Shown here piece by piece: positions 8,767 through 19,325 of a DNA stretch of 64,000 nucleotides. How positions within the stretch are numbered: the first letter of the stretch is position 1; every line of letters starts with the position of its first letter. Origin of the DNA: Bdellovibrionota bacterium (GTDB lineage Bacteria > Bdellovibrionota_C > UBA2361 > JBIKWN01); the NCBI GenBank assembly GCA_044356295.1, contig JBIKWN010000003.1:1-64000 (forward strand), written 5' to 3'. Position numbers and translations under genes: made by a program. Under the pieces are notes generated by a model. The model was not told the DNA's origin, did no database searches, and saw nothing but the letters and a program-made list of their open reading frames with translations.

Positions 8767-10146
8767 ATGACTATTCCAGAAAAACTAACTATTAATTCGT
8801 CTCTCACAGACAGTGGTATTACCCTTGCAATCGGTAATAATTCATTTCCAATTACTTACGATAAAGATGTCTGGCAGAAAACTTCTCAGTCTCTAAAAGA
8901 GCAGCTTCTGTCCAATCTACCAATGGCGTCGACTCTCTATCTTCCACAGATTCTTGGAAAAAGAGAAATTCACTATAATACCGCACGCCCTATTGGTGAG
9001 AGTTTTTTCTTGAGGAATGGCATTTATGATGCTCCATACTGTGCGAATGTTGATGGCAAATCCTCAACTCAGTACCTAAAAGATTTTTTTAATACTCGCT
9101 ACCTTTTTGCCAAAGACGATATTAAGACTCCTGCCTCTGTCCAATTTGAACAACAAAAAAAAGAAAAACCACGCGCTCTCGTTCTTTTTTCTTTCGGTAA
9201 AGAGAGCCTACTAAGCTTTGCTCTTTGCAGAGAGCTTGGTATTGAACCAATTCTTGTAACAATTATTCATCCAGGGTTTGCTTACGAGTGGCTTCATAAA
9301 AAACCTCTCGTTGAAAAATTTGAAAAAGAATTTGGTGTCACGGTCCATACTGTTGATTATCAACCCGGACTGCTGAAAGAAGGAAAATACTTTGGCCTTT
9401 CAACAGAGCTTGGATGGGGGCTTCATGTTACTGAATACGCTCTTCTTGCCCTACCCTATGCTGAAGTATTTAACTGCGATTTTGTAGTTTGTGGTAATGA
9501 GCAATCTTGTAATGATATTTACTTCGATAAAGAAGATGTTCTTATATACCGTGCAGGTCTTGACCAGCATCATGATTGGACTAAGTCTCAGGGACTTCTG
9601 CAAAGCCTTTTGATGGGGCGAGCTCTTGGTGCATATAGCCTTCTTGAGCCCCTCTATGAAATCTCTGAAACAAAAATTCTTCACACTCGATATCCTGAAG
9701 TCGGCAAGTATCAGATGTCATGTTTTGCCTCCTCTGAAGGATCAAAAGACAGAAGGTGGTGCCAAGAGTGTGATAAATGTGCCTATATGTACGCTCTTCT
9801 TAGAGGTTTTAATATTGATCCGAAAGCACTTGGCTTTACCGATAACTTATTCGATGAGAAGCATAAACATCTCTATGATACGTTCTTCTCTCGAACAGAT
9901 GATACGCACTTCTATGGATCACAGGGCGAGTTAGGTCTTGGCTTTTTTGCATCACTCCAATATGGGACAGATGACTACTCTTTAAAACGATTTACGAAAG
10001 AACTCCTTCCTAAATTTAAAGATAATTTTTCAGAGATACGTGAGAAATATTTGGGTATTCATCCTACGTTTCAATATCCTCCTGAATATATCGATAGACT
10101 GAATACACTTTTTTCTGACGAGTTATCACTTTGTCTAAAGAATTAG
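8767..10146 (+). CDS. MurL-like PP-loop ATP-dependent protein (putative peptide epimerase/adenylating enzyme)
   Basis: SFGKES (PP-loop), GNEQS, HDWTKS, YSLLEP, MSC, RRWCQECDKC, co-linear with motifs I recall from MurL (UDP-MurNAc-L-Ala-L-Glu epimerase). Confidence 0.6.
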   Translation: MTIPEKLTINSSLTDSGITLAIGNNSFPITYDKDVWQKTSQSLKEQLLSNLPMASTLYLPQILGKREIHYNTARPIGESFFLRNGIYDAPYCANVDGKSSTQYLKDFFNTRYLFAKDDIKTPASVQFEQQKKEKPRALVLFSFGKESLLSFALCRELGIEPILVTIIHPGFAYEWLHKKPLVEKFEKEFGVTVHTVDYQPGLLKEGKYFGLSTELGWGLHVTEYALLALPYAEVFNCDFVVCGNEQSCNDIYFDKEDVLIYRAGLDQHHDWTKSQGLLQSLLMGRALGAYSLLEPLYEISETKILHTRYPEVGKYQMSCFASSEGSKDRRWCQECDKCAYMYALLRGFNIDPKALGFTDNLFDEKHKHLYDTFFSRTDDTHFYGSQGELGLGFFASLQYGTDDYSLKRFTKELLPKFKDNFSEIREKYLGIHPTFQYPPEYIDRLNTLFSDELSLCLKN

Positions 10147-11222
10147 GCCTTTTTCCTCCTTCTTGGTTATCCCTTTTTTCATCGGGATTACTGACCTGGG
10201 ATAATAATAAAGATCAACAGAGCGTACATCATGAAGTCTTTGTTTCGTTTGAAGACGCTCTGTGGTGTTTTCTTAAAGCAGCACCTATCGATAAAAAAAC
10301 TTTTCTTGTTCCCGATTTTTTCTGTACTGATGTTACCAGCAGACTTATTGAACAGGGGTTTTCGGTTGTGTGGTATGCATTAAATGAAGATTTATCATTT
10401 AATCAGGATACCTTTAAAAATTTTATTTCTGATGATGTCGGTGGTGTCTTCATCTACTATCCAATGGGATGCCGAGATACCACACCTAAACCAGAATGGT
10501 TTAGGTCTATCCTTGGACCTAACGTACTCATCATTGAAGATTGTGCTGATTGCGTCGTCCTGTCAGATCAAATTTGTCTGATTGATTCGAAACATATCCT
10601 TATAGACAGCCTTAGAAAAATTCTCCCTCTCCAAGGGGCAAGACTTTTTTTTGATTCAAAAATCAACCTTCCGAATAGTTCCTCTGGTTTATTCTACTTT
10701 CTCAAAACACATCTGCTCCATATTTCATATCTCATCCTCCACAGTATTACGGAAGTAACGGCGTATCGTTGGTTATTGAATATAAAGTGGAATATTTTTG
10801 TGTGGCACTCTAATAGTATAGGAAGTCACTTTGAAGGCGTACGTGGGTCGCCTCTATTCGAATACTTTCTGTCAAAAATCAACTTACGATCATTGAAAAC
10901 GAAAAGAGGCACTCTTGTTAAGAGATATTATCAAAACTTATCCCCTACTATCTCTTCTTCAAATATAAAACTTTTGCCTCAGGAACCAAAAGAAGAGGGC
11001 GAAATTAGATTTCCAATTTTATGTGGCAATAAAAACACTCTCTCAATTCTTGCTGACAAACTTGAACAGTTTGAAATATATGTTGACCTTCATTTTGATG
11101 ATTCACCACGAGCCCAAATGGCTGATTACTTACTGCTCCCTCTCACTCCTTGTATGAATATAGAAGATATCGATAAAATATCTTCATCAATATTAAAAAT
11201 TTTAAATAACAAATATCAATGA
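10131..11222 (+). CDS. Divergent DegT/DnrJ/EryC1-like PLP-dependent protein
   Basis: LVPDFFC..V, YYPMG, IIEDCA, DSLRKILP (Schiff-base Lys), C-terminal LLLPL; start uncertain (TTG). Confidence 0.65.
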   Translation: MSKELGLFPPSWLSLFSSGLLTWDNNKDQQSVHHEVFVSFEDALWCFLKAAPIDKKTFLVPDFFCTDVTSRLIEQGFSVVWYALNEDLSFNQDTFKNFISDDVGGVFIYYPMGCRDTTPKPEWFRSILGPNVLIIEDCADCVVLSDQICLIDSKHILIDSLRKILPLQGARLFFDSKINLPNSSSGLFYFLKTHLLHISYLILHSITEVTAYRWLLNIKWNIFVWHSNSIGSHFEGVRGSPLFEYFLSKINLRSLKTKRGTLVKRYYQNLSPTISSSNIKLLPQEPKEEGEIRFPILCGNKNTLSILADKLEQFEIYVDLHFDDSPRAQMADYLLLPLTPCMNIEDIDKISSSILKILNNKYQ

Positions 11223-12445
11223 CACGTATCGCTTGCTTGGGACATACAATCGATCCCCTTTTTCTGAGTAAAAAAGTTAGGTCGTCTCTCATTGTTTTCA
11301 TCCCAAAATCTGATAAACGATATAAAAAATACTACAAAGATTTTAAGACAATTGAGTTTGATTTTAAGTGTAAGGACGCGATCGAAGAGACTTCTGATTT
11401 TGATGTCATGAGCTCAGGGGGATTCAAAAAAGCTCTTCAACTCACTGAAATTACTCATTTTCTAGTAAGTCATCGCTCTACCAAAGAGCTCTTCAGTTTG
11501 TTAATAAAGCTCAAAATAACTCCTCTAGGCAATCACTATGGGTGGGCTACTCGTTTCGAAAATAAAGATTACTTCGATCGACTACTCAAGACTTTTTCAC
11601 TACCTAAACCGAAAACACTTTCTAACGCTATGCTGAGCACTCATAAGGCAAAGGTAGTTCTTCAAGAAGTAAATTCTTTTGGAAGTTTTGGTACCAAAAT
11701 AGTTACTGCAAAAGAAGCGCTTACAATCAATCACAAGATCAAAAACAAGCGCTCCTTGCTAACACGAGAATTTGTTGATGGAAGCGTCTACGGAATAACG
11801 CTTCTTATTAAAGGTAAATCATTTGCGCTCTCTGCACTTCGTCAGCAGTGTTACTTTGATGAATCTCTACTCTTTGCAGGGGTTCAGTGGATAACATCCA
11901 AAAGTATTCCTAAAAAGGTTCGCAATTCGATTCAAAAGTCTTTTAAAATTATTGCTCAACACTGTATTAAAAATAACATTGAAGGTATTTTAAATTTTGA
12001 TTTTATAATCTCAAAAAATCAAAAGCTCTCTATTCTTGAATGCAATCCTCGCCCCTCGAGCGCGACACCCCATCTTCTATCACATAAAGAGCTAATCCAC
12101 GGTATTGATCTCTCTGAATTTATGACCATGCAGAACTTTAAGTTCAAAACCAATGAAAAAGTTCCGAATCATCATTTCCAAGGAGCTTTATTAGATATCA
12201 TGGTCCCACGAAATCTGTCAGGTATCGAAACAAAACGTTCCTTAAAAAAACTCCTTGTTTCACAAAATAAAATCAAACAAAAAAAACTGTTTGTACACCT
12301 CGTACTAAAGCCATCGTTTAAAGAAGGTGATTTCCTAGGTTTGATTCTGTCCGAGAAAAGGCTATTCTCAAGTTCTGGTACACTTCTAGAATCGACAAAA
12401 TTACTGTATGAAACCATCACCGGTATCTCTCTTCGAAAAACTTGA
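11219..12445 (+). CDS. ATP-grasp domain protein
   Basis: FENK, SFGSFGT, REFVDG, GILNFDFI, ILECNPR; ATGA overlap. Confidence 0.75.
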   Translation: MTRIACLGHTIDPLFLSKKVRSSLIVFIPKSDKRYKKYYKDFKTIEFDFKCKDAIEETSDFDVMSSGGFKKALQLTEITHFLVSHRSTKELFSLLIKLKITPLGNHYGWATRFENKDYFDRLLKTFSLPKPKTLSNAMLSTHKAKVVLQEVNSFGSFGTKIVTAKEALTINHKIKNKRSLLTREFVDGSVYGITLLIKGKSFALSALRQQCYFDESLLFAGVQWITSKSIPKKVRNSIQKSFKIIAQHCIKNNIEGILNFDFIISKNQKLSILECNPRPSSATPHLLSHKELIHGIDLSEFMTMQNFKFKTNEKVPNHHFQGALLDIMVPRNLSGIETKRSLKKLLVSQNKIKQKKLFVHLVLKPSFKEGDFLGLILSEKRLFSSSGTLLESTKLLYETITGISLRKT

Positions 12446-13772
12446 AAAAGCAATTGCTCACTTCAAAACGTTAGCTCCGTGGCTGAGACAACAACTTACT
12501 AACAGTCAGTATTCGACTCTCCCACTGACTCATATAGTTGACGAGATCCTCTCTAAAAAATCACAGATCGAAGCTGTTATTGAAACAAACTCAACTCCTT
12601 GCTACCTACTCGACCTCAATAATCTTAACCGTAGTATCAACAGATATAAAAAGGCTTTCAGCTCGTCCTTACCAGAGATGAAGCATTTCTATGCCGTAAA
12701 ACTTAATCATGAGCCGACTCTTTTAAAAACAATTTTCTCTCAAGGATTTGGTGCTGATGTTTCGAGTGCAAGAGAACTGTATCTTGCAAAAGAGGCTGGA
12801 GCAGCTTCTTTTCTCTTTTCAGGGCCTGGCAAAACAACAGAAGAACTTCAATCGGCTATAGAGTTTGGCAGTGACGTTATCATTAATGTCGATAATTTTT
12901 GCGAGCTAGAAAGAATTAAAAAAATTATCATAAAACCATTATCGATTGGTGTGAGAATTACCTTTAGTGAACACGGAGCTTGGGATAAGTTCGGAATCGC
13001 GTTATCAGAACTTTCAAAGTTTTATAACGAAGTAAAAAAGTCTGAATTAATTACCCTTATTGGAATTCAGTTCCATATTAGCTGGAATCAAGACAGCTCA
13101 AAGTATGTTTCAGCTATTAAAAAACTGAGTGAAGTTCTAAAGGATGAACCTCACAAAGACTTGTGCCAAGAACTCAAATTTATTGATATCGGAGGGGGAT
13201 TTAGACCTTTCCAAAGTGAAGGTTTTTTTCCAGAAGATACTCCAGAAGGCTCAATTATCTCTTCTATTCAATCGTTATTGGGCGAGCAAGGCTCTACCTC
13301 AGACCTCGATCTACCTCATGCACTTCTCACAGAAGCTGTCCCAATTGAAGAATATGCAGAAGCGATTTCCTCTGCGATTAAAAGTCATATCGAGCCACTC
13401 GGTACATTTCAATATTACTCTGAGCCAGGCCGAATTATCGTAAATGATGCTATGCATGTAGCCGTCTCAGTCGTTGATGTGAAAAACCAGCAGTGTGTCA
13501 TTACAGATGGTGGTACCAACATCGTAGGTTTTGAGCGATTTGAATTTGATTATTTTCCTGTCATTAACCTCACGCATCCTTCTCTTACGGAAAGAGATAC
13601 GACTGTCTATGGGTCTTTATGCATGCCGCAAGATTATTGGGGAAAGAGAGCATTTAGTGGTGATTTTTCTGAAAACGATATCATCATAATTCCCTATCAA
13701 GGCGCCCTCACCTATTCAAATATGAATGATTTCATTAAGGGCAAAGCCCCTGTCATACTGTTAGAATCATAA
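12408..13772 (+). CDS. Fold-III PLP decarboxylase (diaminopimelate/ornithine decarboxylase family)
   Basis: FYAVK, DVSSARE, SGPGK, KFG, GIQFH, DIGGGF, EPGR, GSLCMPQD, GALT. Confidence 0.88.
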   Translation: MKPSPVSLFEKLEKAIAHFKTLAPWLRQQLTNSQYSTLPLTHIVDEILSKKSQIEAVIETNSTPCYLLDLNNLNRSINRYKKAFSSSLPEMKHFYAVKLNHEPTLLKTIFSQGFGADVSSARELYLAKEAGAASFLFSGPGKTTEELQSAIEFGSDVIINVDNFCELERIKKIIIKPLSIGVRITFSEHGAWDKFGIALSELSKFYNEVKKSELITLIGIQFHISWNQDSSKYVSAIKKLSEVLKDEPHKDLCQELKFIDIGGGFRPFQSEGFFPEDTPEGSIISSIQSLLGEQGSTSDLDLPHALLTEAVPIEEYAEAISSAIKSHIEPLGTFQYYSEPGRIIVNDAMHVAVSVVDVKNQQCVITDGGTNIVGFERFEFDYFPVINLTHPSLTERDTTVYGSLCMPQDYWGKRAFSGDFSENDIIIIPYQGALTYSNMNDFIKGKAPVILLES

Positions 13773-14815
13773 TGAATACGGTCATTGAAAAATATTCCCT
13801 TGAACGTATTCCCCTAGAGCTTCGTGAAACTTATACGATTGCTTATCAAACAGTCTCAAAGGTAGAAAATATTTTTTTTACCATTCACCTATCTGATCGA
13901 TTCCAAGCCAAGGGAGTTTCGGCACCAGAACCTGAAGTAACCGGTGAAACAATCGATTCAACGTACCAACTTTTGCAAACGATAATCGACAATGAATTAC
14001 TACTTTGCAAAACTCCTCAAGCCTTTTTAAAGATCCTTCCAGAATTATTAGAAAAATATTCGGCATATCCAGCTATGCTTGCAAGTTTAGATTTTGCAGC
14101 ACTCTCTCTACGAGCTCATCAAAATGACAGCTCTATTAGCTCTTTTAGAAAATGTGTTGGCAAAAAAATTCCTACAACTATCACTATAAATATTCACACA
14201 CCACAAGAAACCTTAGAGAGAGCCATAAAATGGCGCGAGCAAGGTTTTATTATGTTCAAAATCAAAGGAGGTCTTGCGATTGAAGAAGACCTTTCAAAGT
14301 TATCTCTGCTTCGAAATAAACTTGGAATGTCTCGTCCAATTCTTTTTGATGCGAATCAAGGTTATAGCGAAGCAGAAGCGCGGTATTTCTTAAAGGAATC
14401 TAAAAAATTTGAACTCTTAGCGATCGAACAACCTGTAGCAAAGGAAGATAATGAGCTTCTTTTATCGTTAGCAGGAGAAAAATCAACTCCAATTATGGCT
14501 GATGAATCAGCTTGCTCCCTGAAAGATATACGGTACCTCGCACAAAAAGGAATACAGTATTTCAACATTAAGCTTATGAAGTGTGGTGGTACAGAGGCTG
14601 GATTAGCTCTGGCAAGAGAAGTCGTAAATAATGATCGAAAACTAATTTTTAGCTGTATGGATGAGTGTGCCCTTAGTAATGCGTACTCACTTGTTACGGC
14701 TCTTTCAATTCCACAAGTAACATGGGTCGATCTTGATAGTTTTACTGACTACACATCAGATCCAACTAGAAATGTTATTACAGTTGAAAAAGGATTTCTC
14801 AGTACTAAAATTTAA
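13772..14815 (+). CDS. Dipeptide (L-Ala-D/L-Glu) epimerase, enolase superfamily
   Basis: [48 protein letters not shown] overlap. Confidence 0.88.
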   Translation: MNTVIEKYSLERIPLELRETYTIAYQTVSKVENIFFTIHLSDRFQAKGVSAPEPEVTGETIDSTYQLLQTIIDNELLLCKTPQAFLKILPELLEKYSAYPAMLASLDFAALSLRAHQNDSSISSFRKCVGKKIPTTITINIHTPQETLERAIKWREQGFIMFKIKGGLAIEEDLSKLSLLRNKLGMSRPILFDANQGYSEAEARYFLKESKKFELLAIEQPVAKEDNELLLSLAGEKSTPIMADESACSLKDIRYLAQKGIQYFNIKLMKCGGTEAGLALAREVVNNDRKLIFSCMDECALSNAYSLVTALSIPQVTWVDLDSFTDYTSDPTRNVITVEKGFLSTKI

Positions 14816-15084
14816 GGTAGCAGGCTAATCCAAGTAAAGTCTTTATCTGTAACTCCTCCGGCATCGTGAGTAGATAATTTTAATGTAACTTTATTGTATA
14901 CATTAAATATTTCAGCGTGATGGTCGAGCTTTTCGGATACCAGTGCAACAGAAGTTAAAAACGAGAAAGCCTGTTTAAAATCTTTAAAAACAAAATCACA
15001 GATTAACTGATTATCTTCAAATCTCCATCCTTGAAATTGTTTAATCTTATCAAGAATTATTTCTGCTGTAAGTTTTTTAATCAT
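14812..15084 (-). CDS. Pterin-4-alpha-carbinolamine dehydratase
   Basis: [39 protein letters not shown] 15084 overlaps the MFS stop. Confidence 0.92.
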   Translation of the reverse strand: MIKKLTAEIILDKIKQFQGWRFEDNQLICDFVFKDFKQAFSFLTSVALVSEKLDHHAEIFNVYNKVTLKLSTHDAGGVTDKDFTWISLLP

Positions 15085-16279
15085 CTTCTGTAAAGGAAAG
15101 GTTTCGACCAAAGGTTTCTTCAACTGCAAATAATGCAATAGAGCTACAAATAACAGCAAACAGTGTTGCACATAACGCTGAATTCCACGGATCTAAAAAA
15201 ATCTTTCCTTCTGCAAAAAGAAAAACAAAAAGAGCAGCAGAACCACGTATAACATTAGGAACTGATGTTGTGACCGTTGCACGAATATTGGTGCCAAATG
15301 ATTCTGCAGCAATAGAGAGTATCAATGCCCAATTTGCAGTGATAAATCCTAAAATTCCAGCAAAAAGATAGTAATCAAATGACGACTGAGGGGGAGAAAA
15401 AAATCCAAAACATACAACTAAAAATGTCCCAATAATTGAAAGTAATGCCGATTTTTTTCTGCTTCTAAAATATTGACTCAATCCACCGAAGAGAAAATCA
15501 CCAAGTGATATACCGATATAACAAAATATTACCCCTTGGGCCGCTGTAAGTGGTGAAGCAATCATAAGGCCTTTACCAATTTCAGGCGCAAACGTAGCAA
15601 TCAGGTAGATAGCACAAACAATTGGAAATCCAAGAACGACGCAAGAAATATATTTAATAAATCGACTCTTTGTCGAAAATAGAATGAAAAGGTTTCCTTT
15701 TTTAAGATCCTTTCTTTCTTTTATTGCCGTAAAGGCTTCTCCCTCTCCAACTTTTACTCGGGCAAATAAAAGTAAAAAACCAAGCACTGCACCAATTAAG
15801 TAACAATCGCGCCAAGGTATATATTCAGCAAGAATTCCGGCAACTACTGCACCAAATAATCCTACTGCCGTGATTATCGTTGTTCCCCAGCCCCGCTTTT
15901 CAGCTGGCATAAGTTCACTCACTAACGTGATACCTGCCCCTAATTCACCAGCAAGTCCAAAACCAGCAATACCGCGGTACCAAGCATACATCTCTGGACC
16001 CTGCACAAATACACAAGCAAGATTTGCAATGGAATATAATAAAATTGATCCATACAAAACTGAGAGTCGTCCAACCTTATCGGCCCAGATTCCCCAAATA
16101 ACACCACCGATAAGCAATCCAATTAATTGAAAATTTAAAATTCTGACACCAGCAGAAAATGCTTCAGCTTCAGTTAATCCAAGCGAAGTTAAACTTGGCA
16201 TCCTAAGGATACTAAAAAGAAGTATATCAAAGACATCTACGAAATAACCTAATGCTGCGACAAGTATGGCAGCATTCAT
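15077..16279 (-). CDS. MFS transporter
   Basis: About 12 TM segments, GIWADKVGR motif [20 protein letters not shown]. Confidence 0.92.
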   Translation of the reverse strand: MNAAILVAALGYFVDVFDILLFSILRMPSLTSLGLTEAEAFSAGVRILNFQLIGLLIGGVIWGIWADKVGRLSVLYGSILLYSIANLACVFVQGPEMYAWYRGIAGFGLAGELGAGITLVSELMPAEKRGWGTTIITAVGLFGAVVAGILAEYIPWRDCYLIGAVLGFLLLFARVKVGEGEAFTAIKERKDLKKGNLFILFSTKSRFIKYISCVVLGFPIVCAIYLIATFAPEIGKGLMIASPLTAAQGVIFCYIGISLGDFLFGGLSQYFRSRKKSALLSIIGTFLVVCFGFFSPPQSSFDYYLFAGILGFITANWALILSIAAESFGTNIRATVTTSVPNVIRGSAALFVFLFAEGKIFLDPWNSALCATLFAVICSSIALFAVEETFGRNLSFTEDD

Positions 16280-16285
16280 TTGAGG

Positions 16286-16714
16286 TTACCGTACTTCAAA
16301 AAAATCAATTGGATCTTGATCCTCTGGATCACCATTATAATTGGTTACTATCTCTTCATCGATTGCAATATCTTTAACTGCATAAAAATCTACAACACCT
16401 TTTTCGAAACGGCGCTCAAATAAAGCATTCGGGGTATATGAATGGTTATAAATTGATCCATACCCAAGAGCTACAGCAATCCCTTCATCATCAGGCGTCC
16501 ATGCGTAGTAATAATTGTAGAGTCTCGTTTTATCAATCAATTGATTTTGTTCAAGCGGAACAATAATAACAGGTGCTCTTTCAATCAACTCACCTTTTTT
16601 GATATCACGAGAGGCAAAAACGCCACGACCTTTTTCACCTGCTTCTGCAACATAGACAGGACCAATAAATGAAAGATCTGATTTTGTTTCGGGGAGGGGC
16701 ATTACTGCATTCAT
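16286..16714 (-). CDS. SET domain protein
   Basis: KGRGVFA..DIKKGE, SIYNHSYTPN, AVKDI..DEEIVTNY. Confidence 0.92.
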   Translation of the reverse strand: MNAVMPLPETKSDLSFIGPVYVAEAGEKGRGVFASRDIKKGELIERAPVIIVPLEQNQLIDKTRLYNYYYAWTPDDEGIAVALGYGSIYNHSYTPNALFERRFEKGVVDFYAVKDIAIDEEIVTNYNGDPEDQDPIDFFEVR

Positions 16715-17020
16715 ATGTGTTAATTATAGAGAATTTAAAATTTAAACCAAGAGATCAAATAAAGTTAAATATAACTGCTTATTTATCATTCAGCCTTAAG
16801 GGATTCTTTTGAGTTGCATCCAATTACAAGAATACGACCACTCTCGCTGTTCAGGCGTCATATTATGATCACCAATGATCTGCCTAACGTTCGGACGATT
16901 AACTGTATCTTGAGATATCATACTCAAAGATATGTCTTAATTTTAAGATTCGTGACTTGAAAACTAGTAAAAGACAAAAAACGCCTAACTATATAAAATA
17001 ACAATACTTTTATCTTTTTA

Positions 17021-18178
17021 TCAATCCAATCGAAGCTCTAAAGCATCACTAACCTCATCAGAGGTCCCCTCTTCCTTCTTTTTTTTCAGATCAGCAAGCT
17101 TTGGTTCTTCAACGACTTTTTCCTCATTGAGCTTCACTCTGAGGCGTACATTATTCGCACTATCGGCATTCTTTAATGCCTCATCAAGAGTAATCCGTCC
17201 AGCTTTAAAAAGATCATAGAGCGCTTGATCAAATGTTTGCATTCCAAGATTAACACTTTTTTCCATTGTCTCTTTTAGTTCAGTAATTTGTGCTTTTAAA
17301 ATCAGATCTTTTACCCTTGGAGAATCTAAAAGTACTTCAACTGCTGCAACACGTTTATCATCAATAGTTTTTATCAATCGTTGGCTCACAATAGCCCGCA
17401 GATTTAAACTCAGCTGCATATAAATCTGATTATGCCTTTCTGCTGGAAAAAAGTTCATGACTCTTTCCATCGCTTGGTTTGCATTATTACTGTGAAGTGT
17501 TGCAAGACAAAGATGCCCAGTCTCGGCAAATGTCAATGCAGCTTCCATTGTTTCAGTATCACGAATCTCACCGAGTAACACGACATCGGGTGCTTGTCGT
17601 AAACAGTTCTTTAAAGCTATTTCATACGTTTCAGTATCAAGACCAATTTCTCTCTGAGAAATTATTGATTTCTTATGCTGATGAACAAATTCAATTGGAT
17701 CTTCAAGAGTCACAATGTGTCCAGCACTATGTGCATTTCTGTAGTCAATAAGCGCTGCAAGGCTTGTTGACTTACCTGACCCTGTTGCTCCAACAACAAG
17801 CACTAAGCCACGCTTCGTCATAGCTATATCTTTAAACACTTCAGGAAGTTCAAGATCTTCAATAGTAAGAATTTCACTTTTAATTTGTCTTACAACAACT
17901 CCAATGACACCTCGTTGACGAAATACGTTGACTCGAAATCGACCAAGGTTTCCATAATAAAGAGCTAAATTTTGTTCATTTTGAGCAATAAATTCTTTCT
18001 GTTGCTTATCATTCATTACACTCATTGCAAGACTTTCTGTCTCTTCTGAAGTTAAGCAACGATTTCCAGCAGGACGAATACCACCGTTAATTCGGTACAT
18101 GGGCGGGCTATCAACGGTTATATAGAGATCTGAAGCTCCATGTTCAACCATCAAAGATAAAAGTTTTGTTATATCCAT
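17021..18178 (-). CDS. pilU: Type IV pilus ATPase PilU
   Basis: GATGSGKSTS, EDPIEFVH, LRQAPDV, AETGHLCLATLHSNNANQ, ADSANN; follows pilT. Confidence 0.93.
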   Translation of the reverse strand: MDITKLLSLMVEHGASDLYITVDSPPMYRINGGIRPAGNRCLTSEETESLAMSVMNDKQQKEFIAQNEQNLALYYGNLGRFRVNVFRQRGVIGVVVRQIKSEILTIEDLELPEVFKDIAMTKRGLVLVVGATGSGKSTSLAALIDYRNAHSAGHIVTLEDPIEFVHQHKKSIISQREIGLDTETYEIALKNCLRQAPDVVLLGEIRDTETMEAALTFAETGHLCLATLHSNNANQAMERVMNFFPAERHNQIYMQLSLNLRAIVSQRLIKTIDDKRVAAVEVLLDSPRVKDLILKAQITELKETMEKSVNLGMQTFDQALYDLFKAGRITLDEALKNADSANNVRLRVKLNEEKVVEEPKLADLKKKKEEGTSDEVSDALELRLD

Positions 18179-18199
18179 ACCGTTCCTAGAAAAGACTTA

Positions 18200-19270
18200 C
18201 TATTTTTTTCTAACCCCAAGTGCTTCTTCTTGCTCTTTAAACATATCTTGATTACCGGTTTTCTCGATTGCTGTCTCTTTGGTAATAACACCGCGGTCTA
18301 CAAGCTCACGAAGATGCATTTCAAGTGTTTGCATCCCGACATTTTGAGAAGTTTGAATAACGCTCGGAAGTTGGTGAATTTTACCTTCTCGTATAAGGTT
18401 TCTTACTGCATTTGTTCCTAACATTATCTCAAGTGCAGCAGCTCTTCCTCCACCAACTTTTTTACAAAGTGTCTGGGTTATTACACCTTGAATTGATTCT
18501 GCAAACATTGCACGAACTTGTGCTTGTTGATTTGGTGGAAATACATCGATGATTCGATCTACGGTTTTTGGAGCACTTGAAGTATGCAGTGTTCCAAAAA
18601 CAAGGTGTCCTGTTTCTGCAGCTGTTAGGGCAAGTTGTATTGTTTCAAGGTCTCGCATCTCTCCTACTAAAACAATATCTGGATCTTCACGAAGTGCCGC
18701 ACGGAGTGCATTTGAAAACGAGTGAGTATGAGGCCCTACTTCTCTTTGGTTTACTAAACATTTTTTTGTTTTATGAACAAACTCAATTGGGTCTTCGATA
18801 GTAAGAATATGACCTTCTTCATTTTGATTAATGTAATCAATCATTGCAGCAAGGGTTGTCGACTTACCGGAACCTGTTGGACCAGTAACTAATACTAAGC
18901 CTTTCTCTTTGCGTGCGAGTTCAAGACATACTGCAGGCAATCCTAATTCTTCCGCGGTTAGAATTTTGGTTGGAATTTTTCGAAAGACTGCACCGACTCC
19001 CCTATTTTGGCGAAAAACGTTTACACGAAATCTGGCAACTTCTCCGAGCTGCATCGAAAAATCGAGATCACTAAATTCTTCAAAATGTTTTCTATGAGTA
19101 TCCGACATGATGTCATAGATCATTGCGAGTGTTTCTTCTGAACTAAGCACGGGAGCTTTGAGCTTCTTCATTGAACCATGCACTCTGACCATTGGAGGCT
19201 CGCCCGCTGAAATATGAAGATCTGAGGCGTCCTGAGCGTGTGCAAACTGTAAAAGTTGTGTGATATCCAT
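18200..19270 (-). CDS. pilT: Type IV pilus retraction ATPase PilT
   Basis: GPTGSGKSTT, ALREDPD, GTLHTSSA, AVRNLIRE. Confidence 0.97.
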   Translation of the reverse strand: MDITQLLQFAHAQDASDLHISAGEPPMVRVHGSMKKLKAPVLSSEETLAMIYDIMSDTHRKHFEEFSDLDFSMQLGEVARFRVNVFRQNRGVGAVFRKIPTKILTAEELGLPAVCLELARKEKGLVLVTGPTGSGKSTTLAAMIDYINQNEEGHILTIEDPIEFVHKTKKCLVNQREVGPHTHSFSNALRAALREDPDIVLVGEMRDLETIQLALTAAETGHLVFGTLHTSSAPKTVDRIIDVFPPNQQAQVRAMFAESIQGVITQTLCKKVGGGRAAALEIMLGTNAVRNLIREGKIHQLPSVIQTSQNVGMQTLEMHLRELVDRGVITKETAIEKTGNQDMFKEQEEALGVRKK

Positions 19271-19325
19271 TCTATTTTCTTTCTAGGAAAATTTCTTATT
19301 ACCGAGCAGTGTATTTCCCCAGTAA

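Noticed and set aside
15085..15171. N-terminal extension of the PCD ORF in the ORF track
   Set aside because: Overlaps the MFS coding region; ATG 15084 gives the normal ~90-aa protein
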